Source: an uncultured Clostridia bacterium (lineage in GTDB: Bacteria; Bacillota; Clostridia; Christensenellales; CAG-917). Taken from it: 64,000 bases of DNA. The stretch covers positions 31,754-95,753 of the forward strand of contig CANQNC010000003.1 in the NCBI GenBank assembly GCA_947625145.1, in the 5' to 3' direction. Position numbers and translations under genes: made by a program. Positions 34,528 through 43,248 of the stretch are shown in pieces; the stretch's first letter is position 1, and every line of letters begins with the position of its first letter. The notes under the pieces are model-generated. The model had not been told where the DNA came from. It was given only the letters and a program-made list of their open reading frames with translations, and did no database searches.

Positions 34528-36318
34528 TCAAAACATGATCATGATCAAAATCGTCGCCGCAAAGCCGACGACCCCGCTTTCTCTCAGCCGCGGGAAAGCG
34601 GTTTCAAACTCCTCTTCCGTCATGCTCTGCTTAAACTGCTCTTTGGCAAGCGCGTCCAGCTTTGTTTTTTGCTCGGAGCCTTGCTTGAAATAGTCCTCCG
34701 CGTACAGCTTTATGTCCGCGAGCGCCTTTTTCGCGCAGCCCTCGATCGCGGCTTTCGCGCTGTCCAATCCCACCGTCATATAATAGTTGTACCAATCCGC
34801 GGTCTCATTGATATAGTCATACGGATTTTCCGCCCCGAGGTCGTCGAATCTGCATGCGTTTGCCGCCGCCAACAGGTTGTTGTAGGAGGATGTCTCCCCC
34901 CTTGCAAATTTGTAGTACGCCTGTTTGAACGCGTCCAGCCGTCTGCTCAGCCCAAACACGGCAGCGCTCATGCGGGAGATGTCCTCCGCGGACACCGCCT
35001 CGGGATGGCGTATGCTCAGCTCGCCCTCGAAATTGCCGTCCGTAACGATGTCCGAGAGGTTCAACGCAATGTCCGCGACGAGGATGGGAATTGCCTTTTG
35101 CCAATCGAAAACCCCTTGGTTCAGACGGCAGGCGTCCGCCAGATCGTCCAACAGCGCGGAGACGGACGCGAGGTCGTACTTGTCCAGCGTGCCCTCCACG
35201 ACCCTCGCCGTCGCTATGCACAGATTGTAGACCATTTCCCCGCTCAGCTCCTCGTTTTTGATCTGCCCTTTGAAAAAGTCGAGCGCCTCGCGGTCCAAGA
35301 TCACGTCTCCCGCGGTCAGAACGGCGTCGCACAGCATGGGCAGGACGTCCACGAGTGTGTACGCGTATTTTGCGTATTGCACGACGCTTGCAAACAGCGC
35401 GGAGGAGATGCTCGACGCGTCAAACTGATCTATCACAAGCCCGAGCGCGACGTTTAGTTTGTCAAGCTGATCCCCCGAAAGGGCGTTTTTCAATCTTCCG
35501 ACGTTGTTCATCACGGCGTTTGCCACCGCCTCGATCTCGCCGTCCGAGATGTTTTCAAGCGCGCCGTCCGACTTCAAGAGCGCGCTCCACAGCTCGTCGG
35601 ACGCGGATTGCGAGGAGGAATACGCGAAACTTACGATAGAGTCCAGCCCCTGCTTTGCGTCCTCGAAGGCGGAAAGCAACCTCTGCTCCATGGTCTTTGT
35701 GGGGACGACCGAATCTATCGCAAGTCTGACCGAGCTGAGCGCATCGTTGACCTTTGCGATATATTTGACGTTGTTCAGCCCTCGCACTTCAAGCAACAAG
35801 TCCCGCATATCTTGGAGATATTCCCCGCTTTTGGACGCAAGCGCGTTCAACAGCCTGAACACGATCTCGGAAACGTCGTCTTGCGTAAACCCCACGCTTC
35901 TGACAAGCGGGACCAACTTTTCGGCGTTTGCAGAGAAGTCGTGCATAAGCTGTTTTCCGTCCTCGGACGCCACGGCTTGCGCGAGCGCGTTCAGCTTTGC
36001 CGTCTGCAAGGTAGAGTCCTTCAACTCCTCGCACACCAGCTTCGCCCAGCCGTTTGCAAGCACATAGTCCCCGGGCTCGTCAAGTTCGGCTATCTTGTCC
36101 GCGGGCAGATCGTTCTTCCAGCCCTCGCCCATGCTTTCAAGCACCGCGCCGCGAAGCAGAGCCACGCTGTCCGCTCTTTCCGCCTGTTGCTTTTTCTTGT
36201 CCTTGTTGCAAGCGACAAGCGCGAAGGTCAGCGCGACGACAAGCACCGCCGCCGTCAATGCGATCAATATCCTGCGAAGCCTATTCGTTTTTTTTCGGCT
36301 GTTCGTATCCATGCTCAA
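34528..36318 (-). CDS. hypothetical helical lipoprotein, last gene of the MacB/FtsX-type ABC operon
   Basis: 596 aa. The N-terminal signal has the lipobox ALVAC. The body is rich in A/L/E/D/K and looks helical, and there is a short hydrophobic C-terminus (VVGFAATILIMIMF). It lies 15 nt downstream of the permease stop. Confidence 0.7.
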   Translation of the reverse strand: MSMDTNSRKKTNRLRRILIALTAAVLVVALTFALVACNKDKKKQQAERADSVALLRGAVLESMGEGWKNDLPADKIAELDEPGDYVLANGWAKLVCEELKDSTLQTAKLNALAQAVASEDGKQLMHDFSANAEKLVPLVRSVGFTQDDVSEIVFRLLNALASKSGEYLQDMRDLLLEVRGLNNVKYIAKVNDALSSVRLAIDSVVPTKTMEQRLLSAFEDAKQGLDSIVSFAYSSSQSASDELWSALLKSDGALENISDGEIEAVANAVMNNVGRLKNALSGDQLDKLNVALGLVIDQFDASSISSALFASVVQYAKYAYTLVDVLPMLCDAVLTAGDVILDREALDFFKGQIKNEELSGEMVYNLCIATARVVEGTLDKYDLASVSALLDDLADACRLNQGVFDWQKAIPILVADIALNLSDIVTDGNFEGELSIRHPEAVSAEDISRMSAAVFGLSRRLDAFKQAYYKFARGETSSYNNLLAAANACRFDDLGAENPYDYINETADWYNYYMTVGLDSAKAAIEGCAKKALADIKLYAEDYFKQGSEQKTKLDALAKEQFKQSMTEEEFETAFPRLRESGVVGFAATILIMIMF

Positions 36319-36333
36319 ATTCTCTCCATATTT

Positions 36334-38775
36334 TCAATATCTCGCTCTCTTTATGCTGTAATTTCTCTTGAAGTTGAACGCAAGGGGCACCGCCGTATAC
36401 AAAAGGCATATCCCCGCGCCGACCGCAACGACCACGCCCGCGTTGTACATAAACTCAAACGCCAGCCCGAACAGCTCGAGCGCGCCGATAAGACAGCCCG
36501 TCAGCGGGAGGGACAGCAACAGCGCGACGACAAACGCCGAGATAGCGCATGCCGCGTGCTCCGCTATCTCCGAGCGCAACAGCATGTTTTTGGACATGCC
36601 CGCGTTGAGCAGCGCGACGCGTCCCCTCTCCTCCGAAGATCTTCCCACAAGCGTGGCGGCGACGGCAACCACAAGGATGAAGAATGTCACCAAAAACGCG
36701 AGAGTCCCAACAAGGTCGAACACCGCCTGAGTGCTCTCCATCTCCCACCGATACGCGGTCAGCGCGTCGATGACGTAATAGTTTTTGTGCGCGAACTTGT
36801 TGGACAGCGCGCCTATCGCCTTTTCGTCCTCTACGCGCGCGATCACGGTGTCGGCGTGAAGCCCGTACAGCTTGTCCAGAGTGTTTTCCGAGAGTATCAC
36901 GTACGCGCCGTTGAACAGCCTGTGACTGAGCACGCCGCCCACCTTAAGCTCCTGCTTTTTGTCCGCGATCGTCAGCCAAAGGGAGTCCCCGACGTCTATG
37001 CCGTAAAGTTTGCAAAAGGCGTTGTCCACAAAAACGTAGGGTTCATCCGACAAAAGTCGGGTTTTAAGTTGATCTTCGGGCGTCACGTATTTGAAATCGA
37101 CAAGGGACAGCGCCTTTGAAGAGCCAAGCACGCTTACGCTTCGCGAAAGCCCTTTTCCGCTCAGGTTGCCCTGCTGCCACACAAGCTTTACGGCGTCCTG
37201 CACCCCTTCAACTTCCAAAAACTCGTTTTCGCTTGCGTCCGCCCTGATGTTGGACACAAACGCCAAGCCCTCGAAGTCCGAAATGTATGCTGTGAATATC
37301 GTGGACGTCAACTGCCACGCCATAAACAATATCATAGCCACAAGCGTGCCCACCGCAAGCAGAGTTGCCGAGCGCGCATGCCGCTTGCCTTTCAGCGCGT
37401 TGCCCGCCACCTTCAAGTCGGGCGCGGACGTCTTTTTCATCGCGCCGCCCGTCCCGCGCACCAAAAGCGAAGTGCCACCTCCGACCACCGCAAGCACGAT
37501 TATCAAAACTCCGAGCGCGAGGGCGAGCCATGCGGGCATATGTCCGCTGAAATACAGCGCGACGGAAACCGCAAACGCGACGACAAGCGCCGCCGAGGTC
37601 AAATACGCGAAAGTGTTTTTCCCGTTCAAAGTTCCGAGCTGACTCTCGCGCACGCTCTTCCGCATGGAGCGGAATATGGGATAGAGAGAGGCGAATATCG
37701 CGGTGAAAAACCCGAGCGCCGCCGCACCCGCAAGTTTTGCGACGGAAATCGCAAACGCGGACGAGGACAGCGTAAGTTTGACAAGCGCCGCGAATATCCC
37801 CACGGACAAGCCGACCCCTATCAACGCGCCCGCAAGCGCGAGCATGCCGCTTTCAAGCAAAAGTATCCCCGTGATCTGCCCTCTCGTCCCGCCTATGACC
37901 GTCAACTTCGAGATGAGGGTCTGCTTCTCTCTCTCCCCCATCAGGAAGAGGAGGGCAATTATCGCCACGCCGAGCGCGAGCACAGCCCCGCCCGCAAGCA
38001 CGATGGGGGCGGTCAAAGATGACGTCTGCTCCTGCGCCGCGCCGCTGTCGTTTGCCCGTCTGACAAGCATATCCTCAAAGCGCGGCATGCCCTTGACGCG
38101 GGCAATGACGTCCTCGACGTCCGCGCCCTCGTCCGTTTTGAGATATATTTCGTTGAACAGCTCGTTCTCTCCCCCTATCAACAGCCCCGAAAGCTGTCTT
38201 GAAAAGCCGAGTATGAGGAAGGGAGAATCCGCCAAAAAGTATCCGCTCTGCTTCGCGATCCCGCCCACGAACACGAAAACGCTTTTGCCGTCCAAACTCA
38301 GGGATATCCTGTCGTCCACGTCAATGCCGAAATGCTTCGCCGTGCTCTCGGAGATCACAACGTCGTCGCTCTTCAACTCGCCCTCCCTCTTTTTTGCGAA
38401 GTCCACGCTTTGGAGCGCCTCGAGAGAGGGAGAGTTTTTGTCAAATTCAAAGCCTCGCGCCTGCACGTATTCCCCCTCGAGCATGGCGTAAAGCGCAAGC
38501 GAGGGCACGACCGACTTCACGCCCGAGACGCGCGGCGAGCCGTCCGAACCCACAAGGTCCGCGACGATGGTCAGCCTGTCCGAGCCGGAAGATGCGCTTA
38601 TGACGATATCGCTGTCCCCCGAGATCGCGGTCTGCGTGCCGAAGATATATTCAAACACCGCGTCCTTGAAGGAGAGCATGCAAAAGATCATCGCCACCGC
38701 AAGCGCAATGACAAGTATCGTCGCGACAGCCCGTAGCGGCTTTGCCGTTATGTTTTTGAAAGCAAGCCTGAACAT
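36334..38775 (-). CDS. ABC transporter permease with duplicated FtsX/MacB-type domains
   Basis: 813 aa. Two modules each have one TM helix, a large extracytoplasmic domain and three TM helices. Confidence 0.8.
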   Translation of the reverse strand: MFRLAFKNITAKPLRAVATILVIALAVAMIFCMLSFKDAVFEYIFGTQTAISGDSDIVISASSGSDRLTIVADLVGSDGSPRVSGVKSVVPSLALYAMLEGEYVQARGFEFDKNSPSLEALQSVDFAKKREGELKSDDVVISESTAKHFGIDVDDRISLSLDGKSVFVFVGGIAKQSGYFLADSPFLILGFSRQLSGLLIGGENELFNEIYLKTDEGADVEDVIARVKGMPRFEDMLVRRANDSGAAQEQTSSLTAPIVLAGGAVLALGVAIIALLFLMGEREKQTLISKLTVIGGTRGQITGILLLESGMLALAGALIGVGLSVGIFAALVKLTLSSSAFAISVAKLAGAAALGFFTAIFASLYPIFRSMRKSVRESQLGTLNGKNTFAYLTSAALVVAFAVSVALYFSGHMPAWLALALGVLIIVLAVVGGGTSLLVRGTGGAMKKTSAPDLKVAGNALKGKRHARSATLLAVGTLVAMILFMAWQLTSTIFTAYISDFEGLAFVSNIRADASENEFLEVEGVQDAVKLVWQQGNLSGKGLSRSVSVLGSSKALSLVDFKYVTPEDQLKTRLLSDEPYVFVDNAFCKLYGIDVGDSLWLTIADKKQELKVGGVLSHRLFNGAYVILSENTLDKLYGLHADTVIARVEDEKAIGALSNKFAHKNYYVIDALTAYRWEMESTQAVFDLVGTLAFLVTFFILVVAVAATLVGRSSEERGRVALLNAGMSKNMLLRSEIAEHAACAISAFVVALLLSLPLTGCLIGALELFGLAFEFMYNAGVVVAVGAGICLLYTAVPLAFNFKRNYSIKRARY

Positions 38776-38801
38776 ATTCCTTCAAACGAGCGCGTATCGC
38801 A

Positions 38802-39482
38802 TCACAGCGCGATTATGTTGCCGTCCTCCATGCGCACTATCCTGCTTGCGTACGCGGCGTGCGCCTCGGAGTGCGTGACCATGACAAGCGTCACCCCGCG
38901 GGTCGAGTTGATGTCTTTGAGCAATTCCATCACCTGTCTGCCCCTCTCCTTGTCCAAGCTGCCCGTAGGCTCGTCGAGGAAGATGACGTCGGGAGACGTC
39001 ACAAGCGCTCTTGCGATCGCGGCGCGCTGTTGCTCTCCGCCGCTGAGCTGCGCGGGATAGGAGTCCAGCCTGTCCGCAAGCCCGAGATATTCCGCGATCT
39101 CCAAAACGTCCTTTTTGAACTCGCTCTCCTTTTTCTTGTCAAGGACAAGGGGAAGCGTGACGTTTTCGTACACCGTGAGGTTTGGGACAAGGTTGTCATA
39201 TTGATACACAAAGGAAAAATTCCTGCGGCGCATAGCGGCAAGCTCCTCGTCCTTTACCTCGTCCAGCCTCTTGCCAAGCAGAGTGACCGAGCCTTCGGTG
39301 GGCTTGTCTATCCCCGCGAGGATGTACAAAAGCGTGGATTTGCCGCTTCCCGACTCCCCTACGATCGCCACAAACTCCCCCTTTTCGAGGGAGAAGTCCA
39401 CGCCCTTGAGCACCTCGGTGATGGGCCCGCGGGCGGCAAAACTCTTTTTTATGCCCTCGGCTTTCAAAACAAGCTCCGCCAT
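38802..39482 (-). CDS. ABC transporter ATP-binding protein (MacB/LolD-like)
   Basis: 226 aa. Walker A is GESGSGKST, the signature is LSGGEQQRAAIARAL and Walker B is VIFLDEPTGSLD. Confidence 0.9.
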   Translation of the reverse strand: MAELVLKAEGIKKSFAARGPITEVLKGVDFSLEKGEFVAIVGESGSGKSTLLYILAGIDKPTEGSVTLLGKRLDEVKDEELAAMRRRNFSFVYQYDNLVPNLTVYENVTLPLVLDKKKESEFKKDVLEIAEYLGLADRLDSYPAQLSGGEQQRAAIARALVTSPDVIFLDEPTGSLDKERGRQVMELLKDINSTRGVTLVMVTHSEAHAAYASRIVRMEDGNIIAL

Positions 39483-39553
39483 TTTTCCTCCTTTTGCGCT
39501 CGAAGCCCTCGAAGAGTCGCGCGCAAAATGTCATATACAAAAAGCTATATACA

Positions 39554-39582
39554 ATTATAACATATCCGCAACACATGCACAA
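39554..39582 (-). promoter_or_regulatory. promoter of the MacB/FtsX-type ABC operon
   Basis: The minus strand reads TTGTGC-17 nt-TATAAT, about 70 nt upstream of the ATG at 39482. Confidence 0.55.
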
Positions 39583-39632
39583 TAGCAAACTTTCCGTTTG
39601 CGCCGCGCAAAACGTCATTTGAGGGCAATCGG

Positions 39633-39661
39633 TTGAAAATCCGAAGAGGAAGTGCTACAAT
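39633..39661 (+). promoter_or_regulatory. promoter of queH (implies a leaderless or near-leaderless mRNA)
   Basis: TTGAAA-17 nt-TACAAT. The -10 ends 6 nt before the ATG at 39668. Confidence 0.55.
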
Positions 39662-39667
39662 GTGGGT

Positions 39668-40258
39668 ATGGACAGGACGGACGTGAACAGCGTGGAATAT
39701 GTCATGAGCTCGGCAAGCGAAAAGCCTCGCCTGCTTTTGCACGCGTGTTGCGGGCCGTGCTCGGCGGGAGTTTTGGACAGGATACACCCCTATTTTGACA
39801 CGACCATATTCTTTTACAATCCCAACATTTTGCCGAAAGAGGAGTTTATCCTGCGGCTTGAAGCGCTTAAAACCGTCGTTTCGCATTTTGACGGAGTGAA
39901 ACTTATCGTCCCCGAACAGTCCGCGGAGGAGTTCGTCTCGCGGGCGGCGGGCATGCGTGCTCTCCCCGAGGGCGGCGCAAGATGCACCCTTTGCTTCGAC
40001 ATCCGCCTGAGCAAGACCGCGGAATATCTTTCCGAGCACGCGGACGAATACGACTTTTTTGCGACCACTCTGACCGTAAGCCCGCACAAAAACGCCCCGC
40101 TCATCAACTCTGTGGGCGCGGAAGCGGCGGCGCGCTTCGGAGTGCGCTATCTCGCCTCCGACTTCAAAAAGCACGACGGATATTTGCGCTCCGTTCAGCT
40201 CTCAAAACAGTTTGGGATATATCGCCAACGCTATTGCGGTTGCGGCTTCGGAAGTTGA
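39668..40258 (+). CDS. queH: epoxyqueuosine reductase QueH (DUF208)
   Basis: LLLHACCGPCSAGVL...FFYNPNILPKEE...CTLCFDIRL...TLTVSPHKN...YRQRYCGCGF. I moved the start to ATG 39668 because the best promoter -10 (39656-39661) abuts the track GTG start. Another candidate start is ATG 39704. Confidence 0.85.
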   Translation: MDRTDVNSVEYVMSSASEKPRLLLHACCGPCSAGVLDRIHPYFDTTIFFYNPNILPKEEFILRLEALKTVVSHFDGVKLIVPEQSAEEFVSRAAGMRALPEGGARCTLCFDIRLSKTAEYLSEHADEYDFFATTLTVSPHKNAPLINSVGAEAAARFGVRYLASDFKKHDGYLRSVQLSKQFGIYRQRYCGCGFGS

Positions 40259-40377
40259 CCGCAAGGCTTCTCGCATCCTCACACTGCTTCAAAAAAATCT
40301 CAAACCGCTTTCAAAAAATCCAAACGGAAAGGATTTGCGCAAAAAATCTCCGACCGAATTTTATAAGACGACAAATA

Positions 40378-40487
40378 TCAAAAGACGGCGACCCGCCGTC
40401 TTTTCACATATCATATTTGAATTTTTCCCCTAAAAATTTCGGTGCCGAACAGTTCTTAAAACCCCTATCTCAACTCTCTTTCAAGAG
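40378..40487 (+). repeat. direct repeat copy A flanking the XRE/membrane-protein cassette
   Basis: tcaaaagacggcgacccgccgtcttttcacatatcatatttgaattt...tcttaaaacccctatctcaactctctttcaagag. The first ~45 nt are nearly identical to copy B and the remainder has decayed. Confidence 0.75.
40380..40404 (+). terminator. terminator hairpin after queH (part of direct repeat copy A)
   Basis: AAAA-GACGGCG-acc-CGCCGTC-TTTT. Confidence 0.7.
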
Positions 40488-40545
40488 GGCGTTTCAAAAA
40501 TCGCGCCCTGCTCTTATTCCATTCCTGATTCAACCTGCAAAATTT

Positions 40546-40767
40546 TCAATCGTCCGAAAGCCCGATAAGATAGTCCGAGCTGATCCCGAAAAAGTGCGCC
40601 AACTTGAAAATTGCCGAAGCGGAAGGCTCCTGCTTCCCCGTCTCCCAATAACTTATGGACGCATTGCTCAACCCCAGCTCCTTTGCAAGCTGATTTTGTC
40701 CCAATCCTCTTTCAAGGCGCAATGCGCGCAACCGTTCGCCCAACACCTTTGAGTCGAAAACTTTCAT
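40546..40767 (-). CDS. XRE-family helix-turn-helix transcriptional regulator
   Basis: 73 aa. LGERLRALRLERGLGQNQLAKELGLSNASISYWETGKQEPS is a classic HTH_3 sequence. Confidence 0.9.
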   Translation of the reverse strand: MKVFDSKVLGERLRALRLERGLGQNQLAKELGLSNASISYWETGKQEPSASAIFKLAHFFGISSDYLIGLSDD

Positions 40768-40800
40768 GCATTTATTCTAACAATAATTATAGAATTTAAC

Positions 40801-40829
40801 TTGACTTCTAATTATAATTAGAATATAAT
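40801..40829 (+). promoter_or_regulatory. consensus promoter of the 217-aa membrane protein gene
   Basis: TTGACT (40801-40806) -17 nt- TATAAT (40824-40829). Confidence 0.75.
40806..40823. promoter_or_regulatory. perfect 18-bp palindromic operator, presumed XRE repressor site
   Basis: TTCTAATTATAATTAGAA is its own reverse complement and fills the -35/-10 spacer. A related imperfect site, TTCTAACAATAATTATAGAA, lies at 40776-40795. Confidence 0.6.
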
Positions 40830-40859
40830 AAGAAAAAACAGAAAAAAGGAGATTTTTCC

Positions 40860-41513
40860 ATGAAAATTGCAAGTTGGATACTGACAGTGCTGTCGTACGT
40901 TTTGGCAGCCGTAATGATCGTTGTGGGCGTGTTCAGCAAGGATCTGTTCTTCTACATATTCGGAGCGATCTTATTCATCGCGTTTGGCCTTGTCGGGCAC
41001 ATTCTGATCAGCAAAGTCAAGAGCAAACGCGGAGATTTCGGAAAGGACGGTTTGGCGGTTTACATACTCTCGTTCCCCCAATTCATCCTGCCATTTGTCA
41101 TCATATTCGTCGTTTTGATGATCCTCAAAATCGCCGACTTCTTCATATACTTGTTTACAGACAAGCACTATGTGGCAAACGCCGTCAACACTGCGCTTAA
41201 CGCCCTCCTCGGCAGACCGCAAGCAAGCGACTATGCCGATTATGACGAAAGCGACGATGGCGACGCAAACGAAGTCGTATATACCGTGAACGGAGTGGAT
41301 TATGAATTGGTCCGCGGCGGCTATGTCTGTTTTCCCGTGGACGGCAAGCCGATCGGCGGGCAATATTATCCTACCGACGGAAAAAACTATCCCCTCTTCC
41401 GCGACATAAGAGGCATCGCCCCCAATTGCACCTCGTTTGACGGCGGAAAGACATTGGTCGTGATCCCGACGTCCGAATGGGGCTCGCAATTTATCCGCGT
41501 GTACATTCCGTAA
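40860..41513 (+). CDS. hypothetical membrane protein (4 TM helices plus a C-terminal soluble domain), divergent from the XRE gene
   Basis: 217 aa. The RBS AAGGAG lies 9 nt upstream of the ATG. A consensus promoter with an embedded palindromic operator lies upstream. Confidence 0.75.
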   Translation: MKIASWILTVLSYVLAAVMIVVGVFSKDLFFYIFGAILFIAFGLVGHILISKVKSKRGDFGKDGLAVYILSFPQFILPFVIIFVVLMILKIADFFIYLFTDKHYVANAVNTALNALLGRPQASDYADYDESDDGDANEVVYTVNGVDYELVRGGYVCFPVDGKPIGGQYYPTDGKNYPLFRDIRGIAPNCTSFDGGKTLVVIPTSEWGSQFIRVYIP

Positions 41514-41555
41514 AAATTCAAACATAATAAAAATGTTTCAATTATCCCCCGATTT

Positions 41556-41669
41556 TCAAAAAGACGGCGACTCGCCGTCTTTTCACATATCATAGTTGAA
41601 TTTTCTTGCCGAAATATTTCCGCTTAGAAAATGTCTTAAAGTCCCTATCTAAGTCCTATTTCACAAGAG
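41556..41669 (+). repeat. direct repeat copy B flanking the XRE/membrane-protein cassette
   Basis: tcaaaaagacggcgactcgccgtcttttcacatatcatagttgaatttt...tcttaaagtccctatctaagtcctatttcacaagag. Confidence 0.75.
41557..41583. terminator. bidirectional terminator hairpin between the membrane-protein gene (+) and the FNT gene (-); part of direct repeat copy B
   Basis: AAAAA-GACGGCG-act-CGCCGTC-TTTT has A/T runs on both sides. Confidence 0.7.
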
Positions 41670-41766
41670 CCTCTTCGCCACTTTGAACATGATCTCGTCG
41701 TCCGTTTGAGCGGGCGCTTATGCTTTCTCTTGTACAGACCGCTTATGAGTTCGTTTGAGCGAGCTC

Positions 41767-42537
41767 TTATGCGTTCTCTTGAACGGTTGCTTCCGCGCTC
41801 TGCCTGGCGGGCGCCTCTTCGGTTTGTTGAGAGGGCATTTCTTCTTTTTGAGCGTGCGCCCTTTCGTCTTGAGCGGGAGTAGGCGCGGGTTCGGAGGGTT
41901 CTACGCCCTTCTTTTTGAAGGATATCTTGCCGAGAGTTTGCAGTGCGGGGATCAAAAGTCCGCCGATGGAGTTGCCTATGATCACGATCCACACAAAGCC
42001 GAACGATCGAGCGGACGCGACGCCGTATGCGGAAAAATAGAACATGTCCGCAATGGAGTGCTCGTAGCCGCTGAGGATGAACGCGGGGATGCCGAGCAAC
42101 ACGCCGAGCGGGGATTTGTTGTTTGAAAAAACGTCCACAGCCACATAGATGAGGACGCCGCACATGATCGCCCTCAAAAGCACCCTGTCAAAGGAGAGTT
42201 CGAGCTTCGCGGCGCACACGAGGGTAGCGGCGGTTTTAAGGTCGGGCAAGGCGTACGCGATCATATATCCGAACACGACTGTCCCGAGCAGGTTGCCCGC
42301 AAGCCCGAGCAACAAGACCGAGATATCCTCTTTTGAGTGTTTGTCAAACAACAGCCCTATCTTCCCCGTATAGAGGGAAAACTTCTTCCAGCAAACCGTA
42401 AGCAACCCTATGCAAAACAAAAACGCGCCCGCGATCTTGTGATCGGGATAGCACGCGAGATACGCCGCCCCGCCGATCGAGATCATCATGCCCGCAAGAA
42501 ATCCGCTTATGATTTTGGAAACGATGGTGTCCTTCAT
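41767..42537 (-). CDS. formate/nitrite transporter (FNT) family channel with a C-terminal acidic/Pro-rich tail
   Basis: 256 aa with six TM helices. It carries the FNT signature SGYEHSIADMFYF. Confidence 0.85.
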   Translation of the reverse strand: MKDTIVSKIISGFLAGMMISIGGAAYLACYPDHKIAGAFLFCIGLLTVCWKKFSLYTGKIGLLFDKHSKEDISVLLLGLAGNLLGTVVFGYMIAYALPDLKTAATLVCAAKLELSFDRVLLRAIMCGVLIYVAVDVFSNNKSPLGVLLGIPAFILSGYEHSIADMFYFSAYGVASARSFGFVWIVIIGNSIGGLLIPALQTLGKISFKKKGVEPSEPAPTPAQDERAHAQKEEMPSQQTEEAPARQSAEATVQENA

Positions 42538-42597
42538 ATCCCCTGTCCTTCAAGGCTCAATATGCAAAAACCGCATATATGTTGCGTTTTTGAAAAC

Positions 42598-43248
42598 TCA
42601 ATGTTCGCCGTCCGAGTCGTTTTTTTCCTCGAGCATGCTTTTGACTTTCATCAATCTTGTGGTCGCGCCTCTTTCGTTTTCGTCAAGTTTCATTGTGATA
42701 TACTTGATGGTCTCCTCAAGTTGCGGGATCATGACGTATTCGAGCGCGTTGACGCGGCGACGATTCTTTTCTATCTCGTCCGCGAGGATGTTGCAAGTTT
42801 TTTCCACCTCGGCGAGTTTGAGAAGTTTCGGCAAAAGGCGGGCGAGAGAGGATATGGAGCCGTCGAGTTCGGAAGGTACGCTTGCAAAGGAATAGGGATA
42901 AAGCTCCCCGCCCTCCTGCTCTACGATGTCGAACACGGGAACGTCCACGCTCATGATACTGCTTGCGCCGACTTTCAACTCCACGCCCGTCCCCGTCATT
43001 GCGACAGCCTCTTCGATGGCGTCGTCCGAAGCAACGGCACGCGCGAGCATAAAAGCTCTGAGCGCGGTTTGCAATTCCTCTTCGACCTCTTCTCTAAGCC
43101 TCTTGTTTTCCTTTATTACAAGCATAAAGCGACGGACCATTTCATCCGCCTTGTCCTTCAACAGCTTGTGCCCTCTGACAGCGGTTTTAAGGCGCTCTTT
43201 CAGCCGCCTAAGCTCCATTCGGGTAGGATTTACATTGAGCTTTGCCAT
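42598..43248 (-). CDS. ntpD: V-type ATP synthase subunit D
   Basis: MAKLNVNPTRMELRRLKERLKTAVRGHKLLKDKADEM; 216 aa. Confidence 0.9.
   Translation of the reverse strand: MAKLNVNPTRMELRRLKERLKTAVRGHKLLKDKADEMVRRFMLVIKENKRLREEVEEELQTALRAFMLARAVASDDAIEEAVAMTGTGVELKVGASSIMSVDVPVFDIVEQEGGELYPYSFASVPSELDGSISSLARLLPKLLKLAEVEKTCNILADEIEKNRRRVNALEYVMIPQLEETIKYITMKLDENERGATTRLMKVKSMLEEKNDSDGEH

Noticed and set aside
42540-42597. possible bidirectional terminator between ntpD and the FNT gene (caaaaaccgcatatatgttgcgtttttg)
   Set aside because: The stem is only about 6 bp with a bulge. That is too weak to call, although the flanking A and T runs are suggestive.
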